Positions 11,889 to 22,004 are shown, counted from the first letter of the stretch. The stretch: 64,000 bases of DNA from Bdellovibrionales bacterium RIFOXYD12_FULL_39_22 (GCA_001770205.1 MEQL01000061.1:124001-188000), one strand, 5' to 3'. The notes: generated by a model not told the origin, from the sequence alone. Numbers and translations are program-made.

Positions 11889-14075
11889 ATGTCTAGGAGA
11901 AGATTATCTCTTTGGTGTCTCTTTATATGCTCCCTTTTGGTGGCCAGTGCTGCCGTTTATAGCTCAATTTTTTACCAAAAAATGTTAATAGATAGAACTG
12001 TAATAATTAAGAAGACGACGCTTCCTAGCATTGCCATAAAAATACCTAAGTTTAAAATTGTTGCAGAAGAGGTGAAGACAGTTGCCGCGACAGTTGTTCC
12101 CACAACATTTACTACGCCCAAAGCAAAGACAAAAAGAAGTATAAATATTGCCGGAGAAAGCAAGTGGAAGATGGAGACGATCAAAGAGCTTCAACTGCCA
12201 CTGCCAGAGATAGAAGAGAAGTTGAGTGAAAATAAAATTGTGGCCAGAGCACATTTAGCAAATGAAATAGATGATGAAGAAAAATTTCAAGTTAGAATAG
12301 TGCCCGGGACTATTGACTCTCCACAGTCACCGATAAGTTGGGCAAAATTTTTTAACGGAATAAAAATCGAAGAGACTGCAGTGGCGGAGAAGGCAAAAGA
12401 AAAAGAAGCAGCTCATATTACGATGGAAGAAGAGAAAAATGCCCCCAAAGAAATTTTGCTAAGTGATAGTGTTGTTGCGCAAAGCTCGGCAATTGAGCGA
12501 GAGGAAAAAACAGATTCAACATATGAATCGTTGTCTTTAGAAAAAGAAATATTAGCTCCGGCCGGTCCTATAGAACCAGAACAGGAAGTGGTGCCGACGA
12601 AGGCAGAAGCGTTGAGTACTCAAATGGTGATTACTCAACAGGAAGCTGCCAAAACAGAAGTAGCGGTGACAAAAAAAGAAGGAACACTATCCAAGACAGT
12701 TCTGTCTGCGATTAAGCGTTCTCAGAAAGAGATGGTGAGTAATCAAGTAGCTATTGCTCGGGCAGAAAAGGTGGCAGCGTCAATGCCGACAGTGGTGAGT
12801 AGTCAAAAAGATGAGTATCCGTTGGCAAAATCAAAAAGCAAAGAAAAGAAAGACAAAGAAAAGAAAGACAGACAAGGGGCGGTCGGTTTTTTACCAGAGG
12901 TAGAAGAAGATGAAGAAGAAATAAAAATAAACGCATCATTTTCTTTGCGACTTTGGGGAGTAGAGGCGGAAGGAAAAAAATCAACAGTCTCCGGATTTGA
13001 ATTTAGAAAATTGGTAGATCAGGAGGCAATAAGCGATGATGCTGGGGCGATAAATATTGATTATATTATTCATGGTGGGCATGGACAGATAAACGGCCTA
13101 ATTGTTCCTCCTTCTGAATATTTGCCGATATACTCCTCATTTGCTATAGCGCAAAGTCGTGCGGCCGAATACAGTGTGCCCGTTTTTTCTCAAGAATATT
13201 TTTCAACGCTATTGGCCCACGATCAGTTGATAGACAGTGGAGCACATTTACTTGTAGAATTGGCGGACAATGTTCTCGATGTTGCAATAGATAGCAAGAG
13301 TGAGAAAGAGATATTTTTTGATGAAAGTTTCATCAGATGTGACCAAGATCGAGCGGCATACAAGCTGTTTATTAACGTTGTTCCTGGAAATACAGGAGCA
13401 GAGTTTAGCTTAGCGCAAGGGGGACAGGTCCAAAAGGTTCTGTTTGTGGATCGTGAGGCACTTACTTACGATTATTCGGAAATTTTAGAGAGTGAAGCTG
13501 TTAATTTTTCGCTTTATCGAAAAGAATTGTTGGGAGAAAAACTCAGAGAACTAAATATCGATGCCAGACAATTGAGGTACTTTGGTACAAATAAGGAGGC
13601 CTATCAGTTGGCCAACAACTTCTATGAAATAACAATTCCTCAAATGCCAGTTGGTTTTAATCGTTATGTGGAATTTGCACAGGAGGAAGATAACAACTCT
13701 GAGGTAGCAACTTTTTTAAACGTGGGAACTGGGGGGCAAATTGCAGTACCGAGTGCGGAATTTCGAGACGAAATAATTAAAGTTACTGGGATAAATTCAC
13801 TCGATGGACGCTGTTTGATCCAGGTAGATTTTCCTAAGTTAGTAATGTCCTTTAAAGTAGAAGGATTGTCGGCCAGGGGGGCTATGTCTTTTAAAACGAT
13901 GTTTTTAGATAATGATGGGGTGTGGGGAGAAGAAGTAATTGAAAATAGCAGAAGTGCTTTTTTATTAGGCGATGATCTTGGAATATTAAATATAAGTGTT
14001 AAGTATGAAGATGGTAGCGAGGATTTAATTCAATCATATTGCTCCGAAAATACCCATATTATTGAAACACTCTAA
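11889..14075 (+). CDS. Large membrane-anchored hypothetical protein with E/K/A/T-rich linker and C-terminal beta-rich region
   Basis: 728 aa ORF; N-terminal TM/signal anchor; low-complexity residues ~60-345; no recognised family. Confidence 0.8.
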   Translation: MSRRRLSLWCLFICSLLVASAAVYSSIFYQKMLIDRTVIIKKTTLPSIAIKIPKFKIVAEEVKTVAATVVPTTFTTPKAKTKRSINIAGESKWKMETIKELQLPLPEIEEKLSENKIVARAHLANEIDDEEKFQVRIVPGTIDSPQSPISWAKFFNGIKIEETAVAEKAKEKEAAHITMEEEKNAPKEILLSDSVVAQSSAIEREEKTDSTYESLSLEKEILAPAGPIEPEQEVVPTKAEALSTQMVITQQEAAKTEVAVTKKEGTLSKTVLSAIKRSQKEMVSNQVAIARAEKVAASMPTVVSSQKDEYPLAKSKSKEKKDKEKKDRQGAVGFLPEVEEDEEEIKINASFSLRLWGVEAEGKKSTVSGFEFRKLVDQEAISDDAGAINIDYIIHGGHGQINGLIVPPSEYLPIYSSFAIAQSRAAEYSVPVFSQEYFSTLLAHDQLIDSGAHLLVELADNVLDVAIDSKSEKEIFFDESFIRCDQDRAAYKLFINVVPGNTGAEFSLAQGGQVQKVLFVDREALTYDYSEILESEAVNFSLYRKELLGEKLRELNIDARQLRYFGTNKEAYQLANNFYEITIPQMPVGFNRYVEFAQEEDNNSEVATFLNVGTGGQIAVPSAEFRDEIIKVTGINSLDGRCLIQVDFPKLVMSFKVEGLSARGAMSFKTMFLDNDGVWGEEVIENSRSAFLLGDDLGILNISVKYEDGSEDLIQSYCSENTHIIETL
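12612..12806. repeat. Four intragenic KTGAnTAnTCAA palindromes
   Basis: TTGAGTACTCAA 12612-12623, GTGATTACTCAA 12627-12638, GTGAGTAATCAA 12735-12746, GTGAGTAGTCAA 12795-12806. Confidence 0.8.
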
Positions 14076-14077
14076 AA

Positions 14078-15481
14078 TTATTTTGTAACACACCGCTTTT
14101 TGCCTACAAGTTTCGGCCAATTGAGAGGAAGAATTTCTTTAATTTGAATGTCAGATAATCGCAAAAATCGCTTGTCAGTAAGAGAGGTTTTACTAAAAAA
14201 GATAGTTCCACGCGGATATGATTGTTCCAAATGAAAAAGATGATTATTGGCCAAGTTGTATAATTTGCGCTCCTCTTGTCGACTAACAATCTCGATGGTT
14301 TTTTTGGGAATAAAATTACATAAAGATAGATAAGCTGCAAAAACCTCTGGCCCGTTGTCTAAAGAAGTAATTGCCATTGCTGGATCAATGGATGAGGCCA
14401 AATCAGGAAAAAAAATGGCATGATTAAATAGTACATGTGCCATTGCCAAAAATTCAGAAAAATAGTTTTGAGAAGCAAAACCAATTTGTGGATTATTATA
14501 TTTATCAAAAAGATGTTCCAACGTTTGCTGTTGTACAGGAATGCGCTTCTTGGCACGAATGATATGGTCAGGGCCTACGTTGTATGCGGTGATAGCAAAT
14601 TCCCAGCGCCTAAACATTTTAAAGTTTTGTTTTAAAAGATGAATTCCGGCAATAGTAGAGAGGATAGGATTTAAACGGCCATCTTCGCGTTCACTAATGG
14701 GTAAAAAAGATTTTCCTGTCTGTTTAATAAATTGCCAAGGCCCGATTGCCGAGGCACGAGAAACGGCAGAAGTATTAAAACTAGATTCGACAAAAGGGAT
14801 CGCCAATAATTCTCGAGGTGCTTCCATTAAAAAAAAAAGTCTCGAAAGGGTTGAGTAAAAGGGGGCCATTCGTTCAATGGCAGAGTACACGCTATCGCGC
14901 TGGCCAGACTGTGCTCGAACTCTTTCAATTAAAGAATTAACAAATTGGCGCTTATCTTTTTGTGTTTTCGGAACAGCAATATTAAAACGCAAAAGATCGG
15001 TGGCAAGCTTGGCCGATACGGGATTTGTCCGTGGATTTGTTAAATAAAAGGGGATGGCCAATTTAATTTCTTTAATTCTGTCTTGCACCAACTGTTCTTG
15101 TAAATCATAGCGAACAAAGCGATTAAGAACGGAGTCGTGCAACCCAGTAAAGTTAAGAGCATCATAAATTATTTGGTGCAAGTCGCGGTCATGAATAACG
15201 ACCTGTTCGGGTGAGTATGTCGAATAAATATCAAACCAAAATTTAACACTAGAAATTAAATATGCTGGAACTTGAAATGCCGGGTCGATTTTTTGCTTTG
15301 TGACATCTAAAATTTCTAAAAAATGAGATGATGGTGAAATGGGGGCCGGGGGACTTTTGCGTAACTTTTCATCATAAAACATTTTCTCAACAATTACTTC
15401 TTCGTTTAAAAAAATATTTTCGGGTAAAAGACCAAAGGAAGATGAAAGAATAAAAAAAGAAAAAAAGATTAATTTTTCCAT
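14078..15481 (-). CDS. Secreted lytic transglycosylase (SLT/MltD-like domain)
   Basis: IPFVESSFN (catalytic Glu), A.SRASAIGPWQFI..TG, AITAYNVG; signal peptide. Confidence 0.9.
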   Translation of the reverse strand: MEKLIFFSFFILSSSFGLLPENIFLNEEVIVEKMFYDEKLRKSPPAPISPSSHFLEILDVTKQKIDPAFQVPAYLISSVKFWFDIYSTYSPEQVVIHDRDLHQIIYDALNFTGLHDSVLNRFVRYDLQEQLVQDRIKEIKLAIPFYLTNPRTNPVSAKLATDLLRFNIAVPKTQKDKRQFVNSLIERVRAQSGQRDSVYSAIERMAPFYSTLSRLFFLMEAPRELLAIPFVESSFNTSAVSRASAIGPWQFIKQTGKSFLPISEREDGRLNPILSTIAGIHLLKQNFKMFRRWEFAITAYNVGPDHIIRAKKRIPVQQQTLEHLFDKYNNPQIGFASQNYFSEFLAMAHVLFNHAIFFPDLASSIDPAMAITSLDNGPEVFAAYLSLCNFIPKKTIEIVSRQEERKLYNLANNHLFHLEQSYPRGTIFFSKTSLTDKRFLRLSDIQIKEILPLNWPKLVGKKRCVTK

Positions 15482-16653
15482 TCTAAATCTTTAAAAACTT
15501 CGAAGGTTCTTTCATAGGCGGTAGTAACAATTTCAGAGGTACTTTGAGGATTTAGAGAGAAAGAGTTGCGAAAGAAAAATTTAAAATCTTCATGACGAGG
15601 GAAAATATCTATTAAACGAACATTGGGATTAAAATCTAGTTTTCTTTCTAAAATAGTAAGCAGTTGTTTGCGATGGCCTTCGTCAATATTGTTATTTTTC
15701 ATAAATTCTGAAACAGTATCCAAAATTTCACGAGATTGAGAAATTTTAGAGCGGGATGCTAGAATTTTCTTTTGGATCATTAAGTAGATTGATTGCAGTA
15801 AAATGGCCGGTAATCCATAATTGATCAAGGAGCCAATTTCGTCATGGTAGTGATAAGGAGTATGAGTCCAGGAACTGATAATAAAATCACAGCGATTATC
15901 AATTGCCACATGACTAGAAAGTGTTTCTCGTATTTCGCCGTCAATATAATAATCGGTTTGTCCGGTTTGTCGATTTTGTACAGGGTAAGGTGAATAAACC
16001 GGCGGAACACTCATGCTGGCAGCAATGGATTCGGAAACGGGAATTTGGGTGTAATAAGCGGCAGTGGGATCATTAATCGGTGCGGGATAATTATACTTGC
16101 TGAAAATCACCTTGCGAGAATGATCTAGTTGTGTTGCCACCACAAACATGTCGGCAGCATAATCCTCAAAGCGATCGGAGATGATAACATGATCATTAAT
16201 GTATTGATGTAGTCCTTGGGTGGAAAAAAAACCGGAAATGCTCGTAAAGGGCCGGATGAGATGGTTGGTAAAAAAAGGCCAATCCTCAAAAAGATCGCTA
16301 CCTTTAATTTTTAAAGGGCGCTTTTTGGGACGGCGCAGGCCAAACATTTCCTTGTAGGAAATAGGACGCAAGCGATTTTTTTTTCTTAAAATAGTTGATT
16401 CAATAATTTCCAATGGGAGATAACCGCAGGCAAAATATAAATTAATAAGAGAGCCGGCACTAGAGCCTACGTAGGTGGAAATTTCATAGTCAGGATTGGC
16501 CGGAGAATTATTGTGCTTGAAAACAAAGCCCATTTCGTTTAAAGCAAGAGCAACCCCTAGATGCCAAGCAGATGCCTTAACCACACCGCCGGAAAGAACG
16601 ATGGCCGTCCTTTTATTTTTAAATGGAGATATGTCGACCGCCGGTATTACCAT
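15469..16653 (-). CDS. Patatin-like phospholipase/esterase
   Basis: LSGG Gly-rich loop, GSSAG nucleophile elbow, AASMSVP, YIDG; no signal peptide. Confidence 0.9.
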   Translation of the reverse strand: MVIPAVDISPFKNKRTAIVLSGGVVKASAWHLGVALALNEMGFVFKHNNSPANPDYEISTYVGSSAGSLINLYFACGYLPLEIIESTILRKKNRLRPISYKEMFGLRRPKKRPLKIKGSDLFEDWPFFTNHLIRPFTSISGFFSTQGLHQYINDHVIISDRFEDYAADMFVVATQLDHSRKVIFSKYNYPAPINDPTAAYYTQIPVSESIAASMSVPPVYSPYPVQNRQTGQTDYYIDGEIRETLSSHVAIDNRCDFIISSWTHTPYHYHDEIGSLINYGLPAILLQSIYLMIQKKILASRSKISQSREILDTVSEFMKNNNIDEGHRKQLLTILERKLDFNPNVRLIDIFPRHEDFKFFFRNSFSLNPQSTSEIVTTAYERTFEVFKDLEWKN

Positions 16654-16657
16654 TTGT

Positions 16658-16723
16658 CACTTAATCACTTTGATTAATTTTGATTAATCACATTTAATTA
16701 TCTATAATCTTTATGACTACTCG
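16658..16723. promoter_or_regulatory. Sigma70-type promoter for the HTH gene overlapped by TGAnTAnTCA-type sites
   Basis: TTGATT (16680-16685)-N17-TATAAT (16703-16708); TGATTAATCA 16681-16690, TGACTACTCg 16714-16723, TTAATCA-ctt-TGATTAA 16661-16677. Confidence 0.7.
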
Positions 16724-16782
16724 CAATTATTATGGATAATAATAGCAGGAGTTGCATAAAAATTAAAAGAGGTATTTCAAAA

Positions 16783-17142
16783 ATGATGCAGGGACAAGGT
16801 CAAGGAAGATGGCTGTCGATTTTAGAGTATGCCGGGTATCGTAAAATTTCTATCTCTACGATTCGTCGTTACATAAAAGACAAACGAGTTAAGGTGGAAG
16901 AACGTAGTGGTAAATATTTTATCTGGGTAGAAAAATATTTGGAAAATGAACTGCGGCCAATCTTAACAAACGACAATTTAGCAAAAGATGAAATGGAGCA
17001 GCTTCGCAAAGAAAACCAACTATTAAAAGAAGAGTTGGAAGATTTGCGCATGTTACTTAAAATATATGAAAGAGAGCGCTTTGATCGAATGGATTCTCGG
17101 AGCAATAAAGAGATATCTCCTCCGGAGATTCCACTAGCGTAA
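16783..17142 (+). CDS. Small DNA-binding protein: Xis/MerR-like winged HTH plus coiled coil
   Basis: WLSILEYAGYRKISISTIRRYIK..RV....RSGKYFI, then heptad coil LRKENQLLKEELEDLRMLLKIYE; AGAGGT RBS before ATG 16783 (alternative start 16732). Confidence 0.8.
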   Translation: MMQGQGQGRWLSILEYAGYRKISISTIRRYIKDKRVKVEERSGKYFIWVEKYLENELRPILTNDNLAKDEMEQLRKENQLLKEELEDLRMLLKIYERERFDRMDSRSNKEISPPEIPLA

Positions 17143-17172
17143 TATGGAAAAGCAATTTTTAGTGGTGAAAAA

Positions 17173-18615
17173 ATGGCCAGTTTTAAAGTAATAGTTTTTT
17201 TGATGATGGCCGGCTGGAGCGTCGCCTTTGCGCGAGTTGCCACCAACAATATGCGCCATTGCATGATTTTACCTATCACGGATAATGTTGAGGGTGCCAT
17301 TTCCTACCAAGTACATGAAGAAGTTGAAAAATATCTTAAAGAAAGTCGTTGGTGCTACTATCGTTATAATTCGGAAATATTGAGTATTTTACAAAATTAT
17401 AGAAAAAAACTTTCAGAATATATTATCAATAAAGAGGTGCTGCGACTTATCGCTGAGAAAAGTCGTGCCGGATCTCTTCTCTATGTAACCCTTAATGCTA
17501 GTGCCAAGGGAGTAGATGTTGGGGTTACTGTTTTTGGAGAAAGCGGGGAAGATATATATTTCAAAGAGTCAACACAGTTGAATGTAAAAGATACTTCAAT
17601 TATATCTCAGACAGTTATGAACTGGCTGGATCTATATTCGAAAACAATTCCCTATTCTGGATCAGTTATGGGAATGTCAGGGGATCGTTTTACTGTGGAT
17701 GTCGGCAGAGATGCAGGAGTATTGGCCGGTAATGGCCTGGAAATAGTGCGGCCAGTAAAGATAAAAAGGCATCCGCTATTAAAAGAAATTGTAGAGTGGG
17801 ATGTTGAACGAATCGCTCAAGCAAAAATTACGGATGTTACGGAAGGACAGGCCCAGGCAGTTATTACTGTTCGATATGATGGTAAATCGATGGAAGCGGG
17901 TGATTGGGTTAGAGTAAATAGTAGTGAAGTGCAAAAAGAAGAAGAAGCAGAGTTTATAAAAAAACAAGATGTAACCTACGGGAAGATTGGCTCTTTAAGT
18001 ATGGCCTTGCATGGATCGCTATTGGCCAATAAAGTTATATTAGATCAATCAACCACAAAAAATGTGAGCTCATTCGGAGCAGGAGTAAGCGGCCAAGGAG
18101 AAATGTGGTTAACGCGAAATATTATTGGCGTTTTGGCGGTGAGTAGAAAATTTGCCACCGCACCGAGCGGTGCCGGAAGCTTTATTTTAAAAGGCGGATA
18201 TCGTTTTCTTCCCTTGGGTTTTTTCTTTGGCCCTCAGGTTGATGCTTATTTAGGTTATGGGCAGTATGCATATACAATTGATACTGATGCGGCAAAGGGA
18301 TTTGTCGGGAGTACATATGGTGGCCTGCTTTTAGGAACAAAAGTTAATGTACCTGTCTATCAGGGAATTCGTGCTTTTGTTGGTTTAGATTTTATCTTTT
18401 CGCCATCGTATCAAGAAGATGTAGTAGTCCATGGGACTGCCGATGCGACGTCACATTATGTAATTGATGTCGGAGGAAGTTATGCTTACGGCCCAACTAT
18501 TTTGCTAGACCTTTCAATTTTAATGCAATCAAGCAGCGCTAACTTTAAAGATCCAGCAAAAAAAATTACACTCAGTGACACTTCGCTAAAACTTGGTTTC
18601 ACAATAAACTTTTGA
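17173..18615 (+). CDS. Secreted hypothetical protein, probable C-terminal outer-membrane beta-barrel
   Basis: Signal peptide; amphipathic strands in the C-terminal half; ends LKLGFTINF (terminal-Phe beta-signal). Confidence 0.7.
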   Translation: MASFKVIVFLMMAGWSVAFARVATNNMRHCMILPITDNVEGAISYQVHEEVEKYLKESRWCYYRYNSEILSILQNYRKKLSEYIINKEVLRLIAEKSRAGSLLYVTLNASAKGVDVGVTVFGESGEDIYFKESTQLNVKDTSIISQTVMNWLDLYSKTIPYSGSVMGMSGDRFTVDVGRDAGVLAGNGLEIVRPVKIKRHPLLKEIVEWDVERIAQAKITDVTEGQAQAVITVRYDGKSMEAGDWVRVNSSEVQKEEEAEFIKKQDVTYGKIGSLSMALHGSLLANKVILDQSTTKNVSSFGAGVSGQGEMWLTRNIIGVLAVSRKFATAPSGAGSFILKGGYRFLPLGFFFGPQVDAYLGYGQYAYTIDTDAAKGFVGSTYGGLLLGTKVNVPVYQGIRAFVGLDFIFSPSYQEDVVVHGTADATSHYVIDVGGSYAYGPTILLDLSILMQSSSANFKDPAKKITLSDTSLKLGFTINF

Positions 18616-18671
18616 TTAAAATCAGTAATCAATATCACAGACCAAAAAATAAATAGGTGGAGAAAAAATCG

Positions 18672-20606
18672 ATGAAGAAAGAAGAGGACTTGGCCCAGCA
18701 AATTTTGCATCATAAAATTTGTTATTATCAAGGTACCCCAGAAATTTCTGATGAGGACTATGATCGCCTAGAAGAGGAGTTGCGAAAAATTGCGCCAGGG
18801 CACCATGTTTTACAAATGATAGGATCTGGCAGTATGGGTGGAGAAAAGGTCGCACATGAAAAGAAAATGCTCTCTCTTGCAAAAAGCTATGAACTTTCGG
18901 AATTAAAGGCCTGGGCGCTAGATCATGAGTTGCTTAGTATGCACAAAATTGATGGCGTTAGTTGTTCACTTATATACGAAAATGGAAAATTAAAACGTGC
19001 TAAAACTAGAGGAGATGGCGCATTTGGAGAGGACATTACGGCCAAAGTACTCTGGATGAAAAGCATACCAAAAGAAGTGCGCAATACTTCCAGGTTTGAG
19101 GTTAGAGGAGAGCTATGTTGTTTTGAAGAAAATTTTTTTCACCTCTCTAATGAGATGGAACAAAAAAAACTAGAAAGGCCAACATCACAAAGAAATATTG
19201 TGGCGGGCCTAATTTCTCGTAAAGATAATCTAGAATTAAATCGATATATAAATTTTTGGGCCTTTGATTATATTACCGATGAAAACTTATATAAGTTGGA
19301 AATAGAGAAATTTCATCAACTAGAAAAGCTTGGGTTTGCTGTGGTAGAAGTTAAAAAACATCATAATTTTCAGGGAGTAGAAGAGAGTATTAATGAGGCA
19401 GAGAAGTTTATGAGTGATGGCCACTATCAAATTGATGGCCTGGTTTTTGTATATAATCAGTTGGCGCAACATCAGAAGTTAGGAGAAACGGCACACCATC
19501 CACGATATAAAATGGCCTTTAAATTTCGAGGCGACTCAAAGCAAACAGTTATTGAAGACATTGAGTGGGGCGTTTCCCGTAATGGAATATTAACGCCGGT
19601 AGCGTTGGTGCGGCCAGTTGAGTTAAGTGGGGCCATGATCTCACGAGTTACTCTGCACAATTTTGGCGTGGTTAATAGCTATAAATTAAAACAAGGAGAC
19701 GAGATAGAAATTATTAGATCAGGAGAAGTTATTCCTAAGTTTTTGTCAGTAATTAAATCCTCAGAGAGCAAAATTAAAATTCCGCAGCAATGCCCTGTCT
19801 GTAAATCCTCTGTTAAGATTGAAGAAATAAGATTGTATTGCACTAACCCTAATTGCGTTGGAAGAGCACGCGAAAATATTTTAAATTTTGTGCAAAAAAT
19901 TGGCATAGAGGATCTTTCTTTTAAACGATTGGATCAATTAATAGAGTATGGAGCATTGACTTCAATAAGCGATCTCTATCGTCTTAGTGTCGATGATCTT
20001 TTTGCTTCCTTCAAAAAAGAAGGGTCTGCTGCAAAAAATGATGAAAAAAAGTTGGCCAATAAAATTTATAAAAGTATTCAATCTTCTAAAAACATAGGCA
20101 TTATCCCCTTTTTTATCTCTTTGGGAATTTCTGGTGGCGCGGCCAACAAATGTGAAAAAATTGTAAAAAATGGAATAAACACCATCGAAAAAATTAAAGA
20201 ATTAACCGTTGATAAATTATTAACAATTGACTCCTTTGCAGAAAAATCTGCGACAGATTTTATACAATCACTACAAGAAAAAATTCCTCTAATAGATGAA
20301 TTAGTTGGGCTAGGTTTTGTTATAAAAGATGAAGGCCGTACGCCAGATAGACTAAAAATTGAAAGTGCATTATTTGCGGGGAAAAGTTTTTGCATAACGG
20401 GGGCCCTGAGTGTTGGCCGTGATCTGATAGAAGAACAAATTAAAAAAAATGGAGGAGTGGTTGTTTCTTCGGTTTCTAAAAAAACCAATTATCTTCTTAC
20501 TAATGAAACAGAATCATCTTCCTCGAAATTTAAAAAGGCCAAAGAATTACAGATTCCAATTGTAAGTGAAGAATGGCTAAACGAAAAATTAAAAAAAACT
20601 AATTAA
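18672..20606 (+). CDS. ligA: NAD-dependent DNA ligase
   Basis: MLSL.K, KIDG adenylation motif, TRGDG..GEDIT, EVRGE, C4 zinc finger, C-terminal BRCT. Confidence 0.96.
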   Translation: MKKEEDLAQQILHHKICYYQGTPEISDEDYDRLEEELRKIAPGHHVLQMIGSGSMGGEKVAHEKKMLSLAKSYELSELKAWALDHELLSMHKIDGVSCSLIYENGKLKRAKTRGDGAFGEDITAKVLWMKSIPKEVRNTSRFEVRGELCCFEENFFHLSNEMEQKKLERPTSQRNIVAGLISRKDNLELNRYINFWAFDYITDENLYKLEIEKFHQLEKLGFAVVEVKKHHNFQGVEESINEAEKFMSDGHYQIDGLVFVYNQLAQHQKLGETAHHPRYKMAFKFRGDSKQTVIEDIEWGVSRNGILTPVALVRPVELSGAMISRVTLHNFGVVNSYKLKQGDEIEIIRSGEVIPKFLSVIKSSESKIKIPQQCPVCKSSVKIEEIRLYCTNPNCVGRARENILNFVQKIGIEDLSFKRLDQLIEYGALTSISDLYRLSVDDLFASFKKEGSAAKNDEKKLANKIYKSIQSSKNIGIIPFFISLGISGGAANKCEKIVKNGINTIEKIKELTVDKLLTIDSFAEKSATDFIQSLQEKIPLIDELVGLGFVIKDEGRTPDRLKIESALFAGKSFCITGALSVGRDLIEEQIKKNGGVVVSSVSKKTNYLLTNETESSSSKFKKAKELQIPIVSEEWLNEKLKKTN

Positions 20607-20621
20607 CCTAAGGAAAATGAG

Positions 20622-21989
20622 ATGGCCAAAAAATCACAATCACTTTTCATCTGTCAAAATTGTTCATATCAAACAACGAAATGGATGGGGCGTTGTCCAG
20701 AATGTGGGGAGTGGAATAGTTTTGAAGAGTCAGTTGAAAGCAATAGTTTGAGCGCAACTCAAACAGTAAGTGGTCGAGCGGTAGCATCATCTCCGCAAAA
20801 AGTTAAAGATATAGATTCAGTGCAATTTGATCGAATTGCAACTGGAATTAATGAGTTTGATCGAGTTGTAGGAGGAGGACTAACCCGAGGATCGCTGACA
20901 CTTATTGGAGGGGAACCCGGAGTGGGTAAATCAACACTACTTACGGCAGTTTTAGGAAAAATTAGCAACATAGTAAAAAATAATATTTTATATGTAAGCG
21001 GGGAAGAGTCTGCTTCACAAGTAGCAGATCGGGCCAAGCGAATTGGGATTAATCAAGAAAATGTATATGTTTTGCATGAAACACTTTGGCAAAACATTTT
21101 AGCACATATGAAAGCGATGCGGCCGGAGTGTGTGGTAATCGACTCCATTCAAACTACTGTCTCCGGAGATTTACAATCGCCTCCTGGCACAGTTTCGCAA
21201 ATTAGAGAAGTAACTTATGAGTTAATGAATTATGTTAAGGCCAATGGGGTTACATGTTTTATCATTGGACATATAACCAAAGATGGTGCCATCGCCGGGC
21301 CCAAAATTTTAGAGCATATGGTAGATACGGTAATCTACTTTGAAGGGGATCAGTTTGGCCATTATCGGCTTCTGCGCTCAATCAAAAATCGTTTTGGAAA
21401 TACAAATGAAGTGGGTATTTTTGAGATGAGTGATCGTGGCCTTCTAGAAGTTAACAATCCTTCACAATATTTTTTAGATGAAAGATTAAGCGGTTCTTAT
21501 GGCCGCTCACTCACTTGTATTCTAGAAGGAAGTCGCTGTCTATTTGTAGAAATTCAGGCCTTAGTGGTAGAAAATAAATTTGGCAATGGCCGGCGTACTA
21601 CACAAGGCATAGATCAAAATCGTCTCTCAATGTTAGTAGCGGTAATTGAAAAATATTTTGGAATTCCCTTGGGCCTTAACGATATATATCTCAATGTGGT
21701 TGGTGGAATTCGTCTTGATTCACGAGAGTCAGACTTAAGTGTTATTGCTTCGCTTCTAAGTTCTTTTCGGGGTAATCCAATTGCTGATGATACGGTTTTC
21801 ATTGGAGAAATTGGCCTAACCGGAGAGGTTCGAAGTGTACCGCGGATTGAACAACGCCTAAAAGAGATTTCGCAGTTAAATTATAAACGAGTTATTACTT
21901 CCTATAAAGCTGCCAAACAGTTTGAGGGGAAATTCTCAGTGGAGATTTTAGGCATTCGCCGTGCCCAGGAAATCGATAAGTTGCTATAA
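20622..21989 (+). CDS. radA: DNA repair protein RadA/Sms
   Basis: CQNC..KWMGRCPEC zinc finger, GEPGVGKST, IDSIQT, KNRFG, Lon-like C-terminal domain. Confidence 0.97.
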   Translation: MAKKSQSLFICQNCSYQTTKWMGRCPECGEWNSFEESVESNSLSATQTVSGRAVASSPQKVKDIDSVQFDRIATGINEFDRVVGGGLTRGSLTLIGGEPGVGKSTLLTAVLGKISNIVKNNILYVSGEESASQVADRAKRIGINQENVYVLHETLWQNILAHMKAMRPECVVIDSIQTTVSGDLQSPPGTVSQIREVTYELMNYVKANGVTCFIIGHITKDGAIAGPKILEHMVDTVIYFEGDQFGHYRLLRSIKNRFGNTNEVGIFEMSDRGLLEVNNPSQYFLDERLSGSYGRSLTCILEGSRCLFVEIQALVVENKFGNGRRTTQGIDQNRLSMLVAVIEKYFGIPLGLNDIYLNVVGGIRLDSRESDLSVIASLLSSFRGNPIADDTVFIGEIGLTGEVRSVPRIEQRLKEISQLNYKRVITSYKAAKQFEGKFSVEILGIRRAQEIDKLL

Positions 21990-22004
21990 GTCTTATTAGT
22001 CTGC

